DNA of 64,000 nt from assembly GCA_016784355.1 (NCBI GenBank), contig JADHUV010000006.1:28372-92371 (forward strand), read 5' to 3'. Within the stretch, counting starts at the first letter, position 1. Every line of letters begins with the position of its first letter. A program made the translations under genes and the position numbers. Positions 17,656 to 26,358 of this stretch are shown piece after piece. The notes beneath the pieces were generated by a model, which ran no database searches, was not told where the DNA came from, and saw only the letters and a program-made list of their open reading frames with translations. The DNA comes from Nitrospira sp. (GTDB lineage: Bacteria; Nitrospirota; Thermodesulfovibrionia; UBA6902).

Positions 17656-19106
17656 TGAATACGGAAGTAGGGATAAGCCTGCGGGATGCCATTCCATTTA
17701 TTCCGGAGTTGGTAATTATATGCACCGGGCTTATTGCCATGATGCTTGATCTTGTTGTTCGCAAGAAGGGACCTGTGGCCGCCTTTGTGGTCTTTGGAAC
17801 ACTCGTTGCCGGATATGCCATGTGTAAACTCAATGGCTTTAATGAGCCTCAGAGTGCATTTCTTAATATGTTCATACTTGATGGATATGCAGGCTTTTTT
17901 AAGCTCATATTCTTTATCAACCTGATTCTCACTGTTTGTATTTCTTATAGATATATGATTATTGAAAAATCGTCATATGGAGAATATTACTCTCTGCTTA
18001 CCTTTGCTACGGCAGGTATGATGGTAATGGCCTCGGCAACTGATCTGATTACACTATATCTTGGTCTTGAGCTGATGGCGCTGTCTACATACATACTGGC
18101 TGGACTGATGAGAAATGACAGACGTTCCAATGAGGCGGCGCTGAAGTACTTTTTTCTTGGTGCCTTTTCCTCTGCATTTCTTCTGTACGGTATTTCCCTT
18201 ACATACGGAATGACAGGAACCACGAACCTCAATGAGATCTCGGCCACAATTCAGAATCTGAACATTGCCGGTAACCCGATATTATTTCTCGGCCTTATAT
18301 TTATTATGACGGCCTTTGCCTTTAAGATCGCCCTTGCACCTTTTCACATGTGGGCACCGGATGTGTATGAAGGTGCGCCAACATCAGTGACCGCCTTCAT
18401 GTCGGTTGGCCCGAAGGCTGCCGGGTTTGCAGTTTTGGGCAGGGTACTGTTTGAGGCCTTCGGCAGTATGCAGGTGCAATGGACTAATATACTTATCCCG
18501 CTTGCTCTTTTAACCATGGCGGTCGGAAGCATTGTTGCACTCTCGCAGACAAACATAAAGAGGATGCTGGCATATAGCTCTGTTGCGCATGCCAGTTATA
18601 TGTTGCTCGGCGTGATTGCAGGTACACCGGCGGGCCTTGTAAGTACGATTAATTACCTGCTGATTTATACATTTATGAATATCGGGGCCTTTGCGATCGT
18701 GATTCTTCTGAGGAGTGAGGGTTTTCAGGGTCAGGATCTGGACGACTACAGGGGGCTTGCCAAGAGTAATCCTCTGGCAGCCGCGCTTATGCTGGTTTTT
18801 ATGTTTTCCCTGACAGGAATACCTCCTACGGCTGGATTTATCGGAAAGTTTTATGTCTTTATGGAATTGATAAATGCGGATAAAACATACCTTGCAGTAA
18901 TTGCCGTTGCTTTCAGTGCAATATCAGCATTCTTTTATCTGCGCGTTGTTATGTATATGTATATGAAGGACTCAGATGAGCCTCGCACGATCTCTTGTTC
19001 GCCTTCAATGAATGTTGCCTTAGCCGTTACAGCGCTGATGGTGATTGTACTTGGAATTTACCCGGAGCCTGTGCTTAATTACGTAAAGACAGTTGTTTTC
19101 GGGTAA
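17655..19106 (+). CDS. nuoN: NADH-quinone oxidoreductase subunit N
   Basis: TAATG overlap with nuoM. 'FHMWAPDVYEGAPTSVTAFMSVGPKAAG' motif. Confidence 0.95.
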   Translation: MNTEVGISLRDAIPFIPELVIICTGLIAMMLDLVVRKKGPVAAFVVFGTLVAGYAMCKLNGFNEPQSAFLNMFILDGYAGFFKLIFFINLILTVCISYRYMIIEKSSYGEYYSLLTFATAGMMVMASATDLITLYLGLELMALSTYILAGLMRNDRRSNEAALKYFFLGAFSSAFLLYGISLTYGMTGTTNLNEISATIQNLNIAGNPILFLGLIFIMTAFAFKIALAPFHMWAPDVYEGAPTSVTAFMSVGPKAAGFAVLGRVLFEAFGSMQVQWTNILIPLALLTMAVGSIVALSQTNIKRMLAYSSVAHASYMLLGVIAGTPAGLVSTINYLLIYTFMNIGAFAIVILLRSEGFQGQDLDDYRGLAKSNPLAAALMLVFMFSLTGIPPTAGFIGKFYVFMELINADKTYLAVIAVAFSAISAFFYLRVVMYMYMKDSDEPRTISCSPSMNVALAVTALMVIVLGIYPEPVLNYVKTVVFG

Positions 19107-19231
19107 TAAACAGTTAGCATAATAGAACTATTTATATATAATAATTACTTATCACTCTAAGGCTTGAGTTATACAATTCGGGTAGTATATAATTATTTTC
19201 GCTGTATTTATAAACACGTAGATAGCAAAAA

Positions 19232-19316
19232 GCCGAAGTGGTGGAATTGGTAGACACGCACGATTGAGGGTCGTGTGGGGCAACCTATGCGGGTTCGAGT
19301 CCCGCCTTCGGCACCA
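19232..19316 (+). tRNA. tRNA-Leu (anticodon GAG), type II with a long variable arm
   Basis: Hand-folded cloverleaf. Acceptor GCCGAAG/CTTCGGC. Anticodon stem CACGA/TCGTG with loop TTGAGGG. T-arm GCGGG-TTCGAGT-CCCGC. 13-nt variable arm. Encoded CCA. Confidence 0.85.
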
Positions 19317-19405
19317 TTTTAAAAGCAGGAATCATTATCCTTTATATATATCTAAAAAAATAAAAAAAGTCGGTAAATGTTAAATAAAATTAAAGAAGGT
19401 ATTGC

Positions 19406-21235
19406 ATGAGTAAACAGAGCTTTCAGGTCGTTATCCCGGATTATAAGTACTGGAAACAAAATATCAAGTGCCAGACAGGCTGTCCTGTAGATACAGATTC
19501 CAGAGGATATGTAAGGGCCATTGCAGATGGTGATTATGAGAAGGCGTACTGGATTGCAAGGACGCCAAATCCGCTTGCCTCTATTTGCGGCCGTATTTGT
19601 GCAGCTCCGTGTGAACTGGCATGCCGCAGGGCATCGATAGATTCTGCGGTTTCTATCAGGGCGCTTAAGAGGTTTGTTACTGAAAAGTACGGCGTTGAGG
19701 TCTACGGAGACAAAACCAGGTTTGCAGAAAATTTCAAGGAAAAATTCAAGGCAGCTGGCAGCGGTATAATGGGCATTGCAGCGGAAACAGATAAGCCCGT
19801 TTCTATTATAGGCGCGGGTCCTGCAGGTCTGACCTGTGCGCATGAGCTTGCACTGATGGGCTATAAGCCTGTTATATATGAATTGGAGAAGGTCGCCGGC
19901 GGAATGACCGCTGTTGGAATACCCCCGTACAGGCTTCCCAGAGAACTTATAGAGGCTGAAGTTGAGGCTATTAAGGCTCTCGGCGTTGAGATTAAGCTTG
20001 GCATTACGGTTGGCAAGGATGTGCAGATTAAGGATCTTTATGACAAGTCTGCAGCGGTGCTGATCGCGGTGGGTGCAAAGAAATCTAAAATGATCCCCAT
20101 GGAAGGCGCTGAAAATCAGGGTGTTTACGGCGGAGTTGATTTCCTGCGTGATGTGTTTGTAGGCAATGAAGTGAAGATTGGCAAGAAGGTTGTTGTAATA
20201 GGCGGCGGTAACGTGGCATATGATGTTGCAAGGACAGCGGCAAGGCAGAAGGGCGTAGAATCTGTATCGCTGGCCTGTATTGAAAAATATGAGCAGATGC
20301 TTGCTGACCATATAGAGATTGAAGAAGGTGAAGAAGAGGGTGTAGACAGGATCAACAGTTATGGCCCTAAGGTCATAGCTGCTGATAAAAACGGTAAGGT
20401 CAAATCTATTACCTTCAGAAGGTGTATCTCTGTTTTTGATGGTGAGGAGCGTTTTAACCCTCGCTATGATGAGTCTGATGTGATTACCCTGGATGCAGAT
20501 ACAATTTACTTTGCTATTGGACAGTCCACGGATATTTCCTTTCTTAAGGATTCAGGTCTTGAAGTAGAAATGAATGAATGGGGTCATGTCAAGACAGGGC
20601 AGGATCAGATGACATCTTCTTTGTCCGGCTTGTATGTTGCGGGTGATATGGCTTATGGGCCAAGGCTTGTAATAGATGCCGTTGCACATGGTAAAAAGGC
20701 TGCGCTTGCAATACATGCACATATCAGTGGTAAGGCTGTATCTGAGAGTATTAATGAAAGCCATGCCATTAGCTATGAAAAGGAAGTAGCCTGTAATTCT
20801 GTGGATCATATGCCTGACTTTGAAAAGATCTGCAGAAAGCCGGTACCTGCTGAGCCGCTTGCCCAGAGAATGAAGAGTGTGTCCGCTCCTGTAGAGGCCG
20901 GATTTAAAAAGGAAGACGCAGAAGAACAGGGCGGAAGGTGTCTGAACTGCGCTGTTAATACAATATTCAACGGCGACAGGTGTATCCTGTGCGGCGGGTG
21001 TGCGGATGTATGTCCCGAATTCTGTCTCAGACTGGTAAGCCTGGAGAATATAAAGACGAGCGAAAGCCTGACCGAGTTGTACCGTAATCGTTACGGAGAG
21101 GTTCCACAGGGCTGGGGTTCAGCAATAATTAAAGACGAAGACAGGTGCATAAGGTGTGGACTTTGCGCTGAGAAGTGCCCTGTCGATGCAATATCAATGG
21201 AAAGATTTATATGCAAGGAGGTAGTAAGTAAATGA
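19406..21235 (+). CDS. GltD-like NAD(P)H-dependent flavin oxidoreductase fused to a C-terminal 2x[4Fe-4S] ferredoxin domain
   Basis: N-terminal Cys cluster 'CQTGCPVDTD...ICGRICAAPCELACRR' as in the glutamate synthase small subunit. Dinucleotide fold 'IIGAGPAGLTCA' and 'VVVIGGGNVAYDVAR'. C-terminal 'CILCGGCADVCP' and 'CIRCGLCAEKCP'. Confidence 0.8.
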   Translation: MSKQSFQVVIPDYKYWKQNIKCQTGCPVDTDSRGYVRAIADGDYEKAYWIARTPNPLASICGRICAAPCELACRRASIDSAVSIRALKRFVTEKYGVEVYGDKTRFAENFKEKFKAAGSGIMGIAAETDKPVSIIGAGPAGLTCAHELALMGYKPVIYELEKVAGGMTAVGIPPYRLPRELIEAEVEAIKALGVEIKLGITVGKDVQIKDLYDKSAAVLIAVGAKKSKMIPMEGAENQGVYGGVDFLRDVFVGNEVKIGKKVVVIGGGNVAYDVARTAARQKGVESVSLACIEKYEQMLADHIEIEEGEEEGVDRINSYGPKVIAADKNGKVKSITFRRCISVFDGEERFNPRYDESDVITLDADTIYFAIGQSTDISFLKDSGLEVEMNEWGHVKTGQDQMTSSLSGLYVAGDMAYGPRLVIDAVAHGKKAALAIHAHISGKAVSESINESHAISYEKEVACNSVDHMPDFEKICRKPVPAEPLAQRMKSVSAPVEAGFKKEDAEEQGGRCLNCAVNTIFNGDRCILCGGCADVCPEFCLRLVSLENIKTSESLTELYRNRYGEVPQGWGSAIIKDEDRCIRCGLCAEKCPVDAISMERFICKEVVSK

Positions 21236-21705
21236 GCGAAGAGACCCGGGATAAAGACGGGGTATCAAGGCGTGACTTTCTGGGCCTGGCTGCGTTCGGA
21301 ACGGCTATACTGGGAGTTGTGTCCTCTGTAGCGGGCAGCCTCAGGTATATCAAGGCCAACGTATACTTCGAAGAATCAAAGAAATTTAAGGTAGGAACGG
21401 TTGAAAACTTCCCTATCGGCAGCGTAAAAAAGCTTGATGACAAAAATGTTTTCATCTTTTCTGAAGAAGCAGGTCTCTTTGCGATATCTGCAATATGTAC
21501 ACATCTGGGCTGTATTGTTTCACCTGTAGATTTTGGTTTTCAGTGTCCCTGTCACGGATCGCAGTTTAATCATATCGGCAACGTAATCGGCGGCCCTGCT
21601 CCTAGAGCTTTAGAGTGGTTTGAGATTAGTCAGGAAATAGACGGCTCTCTTGCCATTGATACAGCTAAGACAGTGTCTCAGGGAACAAAGTATTTATTTG
21701 CGTAA
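21232..21705 (+). CDS. Rieske [2Fe-2S] protein with a Tat signal
   Basis: 'SRRDFLGLAAFGTAILG' twin-arginine signal. Rieske boxes 'CTHLGC' and 'CPCHGS'. Confidence 0.9.
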   Translation: MSEETRDKDGVSRRDFLGLAAFGTAILGVVSSVAGSLRYIKANVYFEESKKFKVGTVENFPIGSVKKLDDKNVFIFSEEAGLFAISAICTHLGCIVSPVDFGFQCPCHGSQFNHIGNVIGGPAPRALEWFEISQEIDGSLAIDTAKTVSQGTKYLFA

Positions 21706-21730
21706 TCAATAATTTAATTTATATAGAGGT

Positions 21731-23302
21731 ATGAGATTCATGGACAACTCAAACAAGACAGGACTTGCACAGTTTGCAGATAATCTGAAATCTGTAAAAA
21801 GTTCATTTGTCGGTTCCTTTAGCCGCGGTGGCTGGCCCACGTCTGATAAGGGCAGGACATCGACAGTGGTGAACAACTTCTTTCTTCACCTTCACACCGC
21901 AAAGACACATATAAACACGCTTAAGCCGTCCTATACACTTGGTATGGGACTTATCTCGTTTTTTCTGCTGGTGATAGCATTTATTTCAGGCGGTTTCCTG
22001 ATGGTTTATTACAGTCCGTCAACAACAACGGCCTTTAATGCTGTCAAGGACATTAACTTTGTCGTATTTGGCGGACAGTTGATGAGAAATATTCACAAGT
22101 GGTCGGGCGAGGCCATGATCATTTTTGTAATACTGCACATGGTAAGGATTGTATATACCAATTCCTATAAGCAGGGGCGTGAGTTTAACTGGGTAATCGG
22201 CATTGTGCTTCTTATCCTTACATTTGTATTGAATCTGACAGGGTATATGCTTCCCTGGGATCAGCTTTCATACTGGGCGCTGGTTATCGTGGCCAATATT
22301 GCGGCTGCGCCAAAGGAACTTACTGACATATTTAATGGTATGTTCGGTATAACACTGCCTGATATCGGCGGAGCTACTAAAGAGGTATTGCTTGGCGGTA
22401 CTGAACCCGGACAGGAGTCACTCACAAGGGTTTATCTGCTTCATATACTGCTTCTGCCTCTTGCAATTTGTGTCTTCCTTGGAGTGCATTTCTTCAGGAT
22501 CAGAAAGGACGGCGGCTTGACAAGGCCGGCAAATGTTTCCGCTGGCTCTGGTGAGAGCATCATCTCTCCGCCTGAAAAGAAGGGCGGTATATTCCCGACA
22601 CATAAGACCTACGGTCTGATGGAGCTTTCCAAGGGAAGAACACCGGCCGTGGACACAGACATTGAAAATACGGTCACAAGCTGGCCAAATCTTTTCATTG
22701 CCGAGATCGCGGTCTTTATGTTTACGCTTGCAGCAGTAGTGGCGTACTCATACTTTTTTGATGCACCTTTAAAAGAATACGCCAACCCTATGATCCCTGA
22801 GAATCCGGCCAAGGCGCCATGGTACTTTCTGGGGCTGCAGGAACTGGTTTCCTACTCTGCCTTCATGGGTGGCCAGGGTCTTCCAGGCCTGGCGCTGGCG
22901 GGTCTGATAGCGATACCGTTTCTTGATCGTGAAAATAGGGATATTGGAATATGGTTTACCAATAAACAGGGTAAGGCTATCGCCATTGAGTCCTTTATAG
23001 TAGGCAGTGTCGCTGTTATCGGTACTCTAGCATTTGTTGTGACACAGGGCTGGTTCAGAGAGTGGTGGCCTGAGATTCATCAGCTCTGGATCGTTGCTAT
23101 TAACCCCGGGAATCTGCTACTTGGATTTGTAATGGTTTATACCCTGTGGGTAATAAAAAGGACCAACTCTACCAGGATGGGCGCTATATCACTGATTACC
23201 TTCTTCCTGGTATGTTACGTGATATTGACTTATACCGGCACCGTTCTCAGAGGACCTAACTGGGTATTCTACTGGTCACCAAGTGATTGGCCGATTCATT
23301 AA
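21731..23302 (+). CDS. Cytochrome b (b6-like N-terminal half fused to a subunit-IV-like C-terminal half with an extension)
   Basis: Helix B His pair (..IHKW..LHM..). Helix D 'HILLLPLAICVFLGVH' with the b6-type spacing. C-terminal half carries a PEWY-like 'APWYFLGLQE'. 523 aa. Confidence 0.9.
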   Translation: MRFMDNSNKTGLAQFADNLKSVKSSFVGSFSRGGWPTSDKGRTSTVVNNFFLHLHTAKTHINTLKPSYTLGMGLISFFLLVIAFISGGFLMVYYSPSTTTAFNAVKDINFVVFGGQLMRNIHKWSGEAMIIFVILHMVRIVYTNSYKQGREFNWVIGIVLLILTFVLNLTGYMLPWDQLSYWALVIVANIAAAPKELTDIFNGMFGITLPDIGGATKEVLLGGTEPGQESLTRVYLLHILLLPLAICVFLGVHFFRIRKDGGLTRPANVSAGSGESIISPPEKKGGIFPTHKTYGLMELSKGRTPAVDTDIENTVTSWPNLFIAEIAVFMFTLAAVVAYSYFFDAPLKEYANPMIPENPAKAPWYFLGLQELVSYSAFMGGQGLPGLALAGLIAIPFLDRENRDIGIWFTNKQGKAIAIESFIVGSVAVIGTLAFVVTQGWFREWWPEIHQLWIVAINPGNLLLGFVMVYTLWVIKRTNSTRMGAISLITFFLVCYVILTYTGTVLRGPNWVFYWSPSDWPIH

Positions 23303-23340
23303 AACTATGACTATTAAACTGGACTATAAGGTGGAGGAAC

Positions 23341-24741
23341 ATGAATAGCAGATTTTACTTATCATTAATGCTCATATCATCGCTGGTGCTCATGGCGTTT
23401 CTGGCAATAGCGTTTAACCGTGAGATGACCCCTGTCTGGAAGGACTATCAGACAGAGTATAAAGAGACACTTATAAAAAATGCCAAGGATGACGGCACTC
23501 GTGAGCGGGCTGAGAAGATTCAGGTCGGGCTGCAGCAGATCTATATTAAGGCATTAAATAAGTCAGATCGCTGTACCAGTTGTCATGCAGGAGTTGAAAA
23601 TCCGCTGATGGCTGCTGCAGAAGTGCCATATAAGCAGCATAGCGGCAATTACCTGAAAAATCATCCCCTGCCAAAGTTTGGCTGTACACTTTGTCATCGC
23701 GGACAGGGAAGGGCGTTGAACATTGCCGAGGCTCATGGTGAGGAACATCAGCACTGGGACTTTCCGATTGTTCCGGCAAAGTATATACAGAGCTCATGTG
23801 CATCTTGTCATGATTACAAAATGCTTGAGACCGAGGGCGGCGAAAAGGTAGCAAAGGGTGAAAAACTTTTCAGGGAAAAAGGCTGTCTCGGCTGTCATAA
23901 GCTTAACGGTGTAGGCGGTGCTCTTGGTAAAGACATAGCCGGTATCGCAAATAAGGCATACTATTATTTCTCAATGGCAGCAGTAGTAGGCGAGAGAAAT
24001 ATGTATTCCTGGATCAAGCAGCATTTTGATGATCCCCGAAAAATCGTTCCGGAGAGCCAGATGAGGGCATTTCTGACGGATGAGGAAGCCGATCTTCTTA
24101 CAACCTATATGCTTACCTTCAGGACAGATGAAATGCCCAGAAGTTACAGGTTGATAAAGAATATTGATAAAGTAGCTACGGATGGAAAATCTATGTATAC
24201 AGCTTACTGCTCTGCATGTCACAGCGATGGCAAGACCAGCGTATATGATGAGATTTTTGCCAGGACAATTCCGGCGATCAGAAATCCTTCGTTTCTTAAG
24301 ACTATTAGTAATAGCGAACTGAAAAGGATAGTCAAGGAAGGGCGTAAGGGTACACAGATGACTGCATGGAAGAGTGAAGCTGCAGGCCTTACTGAAAAAC
24401 AGATTGATGAGATTGTGAAGTATGTGGCCAAAGACCGTCCGTCTGAGAAGTCCAGACCATTTAATGTTGCCAAAATTAAAAGTGATATCGAACGCGGGGC
24501 GGAGATTTACAATAATCGCTGTGCGCTTTGTCATGGTGAAGAGGGTAAGGGCGGAGAGAATCTGCTCGGCATGACTCTTAGAGATAGTGCACTTAGTCCT
24601 GAGTTTATAGCTATTACAGTACGTGATGGAAGAAAGGGTACCCCAATGGTACCGTTCGGCAATGGTGGAATCGGCCTGAGTAATCAGGAAATAGCTGATA
24701 CCGTAGCATATGTAAAGAACCTGACAAATGATAAGAAATAG
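23341..24741 (+). CDS. Hexaheme c-type cytochrome (membrane-anchored)
   Basis: Six CxxCH motifs: CTSCH, CTLCH, CASCH, CLGCH, CSACH, CALCH. N-terminal hydrophobic anchor. Confidence 0.85.
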   Translation: MNSRFYLSLMLISSLVLMAFLAIAFNREMTPVWKDYQTEYKETLIKNAKDDGTRERAEKIQVGLQQIYIKALNKSDRCTSCHAGVENPLMAAAEVPYKQHSGNYLKNHPLPKFGCTLCHRGQGRALNIAEAHGEEHQHWDFPIVPAKYIQSSCASCHDYKMLETEGGEKVAKGEKLFREKGCLGCHKLNGVGGALGKDIAGIANKAYYYFSMAAVVGERNMYSWIKQHFDDPRKIVPESQMRAFLTDEEADLLTTYMLTFRTDEMPRSYRLIKNIDKVATDGKSMYTAYCSACHSDGKTSVYDEIFARTIPAIRNPSFLKTISNSELKRIVKEGRKGTQMTAWKSEAAGLTEKQIDEIVKYVAKDRPSEKSRPFNVAKIKSDIERGAEIYNNRCALCHGEEGKGGENLLGMTLRDSALSPEFIAITVRDGRKGTPMVPFGNGGIGLSNQEIADTVAYVKNLTNDKK

Positions 24742-24760
24742 ATTCCGGAGGATAGATCAG

Positions 24761-25588
24761 ATGGGAAGATTTAATACAAGATGTAAATTGTTTTTACCGC
24801 TGGCGGGTATCCTGATGTTTGCGATGGCCCTGGTTCCTGCAGCATACGGGCAGGAAGATGAGGATGCAGCTTATGATGCGCTTATTGCAAAGGGCAAGGC
24901 TGCCTATAATGTACGCTGCGCCTTATGTCACGGTAAAGACGGAGACGGCAAGGGCGAAATGAAGTCAGTGACAAGGGTAGAAAAGACCGGGCGTACTATT
25001 GTTGTAACTCCCTGGGATTTTACTCGCGCGGTATTTAGGTTTCGTACCACACCGACAGGCTGTTTACCTTCAGATGCAGACCTTGAGAGGACTATCAGAA
25101 AAGGTATATCAGCATCCCTTATGCCTGCGCATGGCCATATAGATGGTGATGAGATAGAAGGTATTATCGAGTACATTAAATGGTTTTCTGAAGACTGGGA
25201 CGAGTTTGACCCAGATGATGAGTCCTGTTTTCCTGTAGCGATAAACAAGCCTGAGTTCGTAGGGTCTGCTGACTCGATAGCCCGCGGAGAAGTGCTCTTT
25301 AAAAAGAATAAGTGTTTTGAGTGCCACGGTGTTGACGGTAAGGGTGATGGAGATAAGGCTAAAGATCTCAAAGATGACTGGGGCAATCGTATTCTTCCCT
25401 TTAACTTCACTACCGGCAATATGAAGAGAGAATCTACTGCTGAGGCAGTTTATTTGACACTCGCATCCGGTCTTGACGGCACTGCAATGCCGGGATACAA
25501 TGAGGCGATCAAGGAAGAAGAGAAATGGCATATTGCTTCCTATGCGCTTAAGCTTATGGGACTGATAAAGAGCGAAGACGGGCACTAG
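24761..25588 (+). CDS. Diheme c-type cytochrome (two class-I-like domains)
   Basis: CALCHGKDGDG and CFECHGVDGKG motifs. Signal peptide. Start moved to ATG 24761 (GGAGG 9 nt upstream), which avoids overlap with the upstream stop. Confidence 0.8.
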   Translation: MGRFNTRCKLFLPLAGILMFAMALVPAAYGQEDEDAAYDALIAKGKAAYNVRCALCHGKDGDGKGEMKSVTRVEKTGRTIVVTPWDFTRAVFRFRTTPTGCLPSDADLERTIRKGISASLMPAHGHIDGDEIEGIIEYIKWFSEDWDEFDPDDESCFPVAINKPEFVGSADSIARGEVLFKKNKCFECHGVDGKGDGDKAKDLKDDWGNRILPFNFTTGNMKRESTAEAVYLTLASGLDGTAMPGYNEAIKEEEKWHIASYALKLMGLIKSEDGH

Positions 25589-25601
25589 TATAATTGATGA
25601 G

Positions 25602-25634
25602 TCCCCCCTCTGATGCAGAGGGGGGATTTTTTTT
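25602..25634 (+). terminator. Rho-independent terminator
   Basis: 9-bp G/C stem TCCCCCCTC...GAGGGGGGA followed by T8. Confidence 0.8.
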
Positions 25635-25733
25635 GCGGATATTAGTGAGTAATATATATAGTCTGTAAAGTGATACTAAGTTTTGAATGAAAATTGGAAT
25701 ACATCTCATTACCAGTAAAATTAAATTTGAGAT

Positions 25734-26357
25734 ATGAACGAATTTAAAAAAAATGTCCTGATAATCTTTGCCCATCCTGCATTGCAGAAATCACGGGTAA
25801 ACAGTAAGTTGATCAAATATGTCAATGATATGCAGGGTGTAACCTTTCATGATCTGTATGAAATCTATCCGGATTTTCATATCAATGTAGCAAAGGAACA
25901 GGCTCAGCTGCTAAAGCATGATATTATTGTATTTCATCACCCTCTTTTTTGGTTCAGTGTGCCGGCGTTATTAAAAGAATGGATGGACCTGGTGCTGGAG
26001 CACATGTGGGCCTATGGGAGAAAGGGCAGTGCATTGAAGGGGAAAAAGCTTCTTAGCGTAATTACTACAGGTGGTCGGGAATCTCTCTTTAGTGAGAAGG
26101 CATACAATAGGCATCCTGTTAAGGAGTTTTTGTATCCTGTTGCTCAGACTGCTTATATTTGCGGTATGGACTATCTGCCTCCTTTTGTAGTTCATGGCAC
26201 TCATACTATTACACAGGAAATGATAGCTGCTCATGGCGAGGACTACAAAGAAATAATAACGGCTCTGAGGGATGATACGATAGATCTTGAAAAGGCCGCT
26301 GAAATGCCGAGGCTTAATAGTGATATGAACGATGTATTAAAGGGGCGCAAACTATAA
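25734..26357 (+). CDS. kefG: Glutathione-regulated K+ efflux ancillary protein, NAD(P)H:quinone oxidoreductase-like (KefG/KefF)
   Basis: Collinear similarity to E. coli KefG from memory: 'VLIIFAHP...HDLYEIYPDFHI...EQA.L..HD.IVF.HPL...S.PALLKEW.D'. Confidence 0.8.
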   Translation: MNEFKKNVLIIFAHPALQKSRVNSKLIKYVNDMQGVTFHDLYEIYPDFHINVAKEQAQLLKHDIIVFHHPLFWFSVPALLKEWMDLVLEHMWAYGRKGSALKGKKLLSVITTGGRESLFSEKAYNRHPVKEFLYPVAQTAYICGMDYLPPFVVHGTHTITQEMIAAHGEDYKEIITALRDDTIDLEKAAEMPRLNSDMNDVLKGRKL

Positions 26358-26358
26358 T

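Noticed and set aside
19352-20311. 319-aa minus-strand ORF, plus many other antisense ORFs in the track (for example 1113-1808, 24928-25419, 26826-27368, 35232-35837, 61005-61352)
   Set aside because: Each lies entirely inside, and antisense to, a strongly supported gene with clear motifs. The translations are low-complexity or Cys/Arg-rich with no domain signatures. They are typical shadow ORFs.
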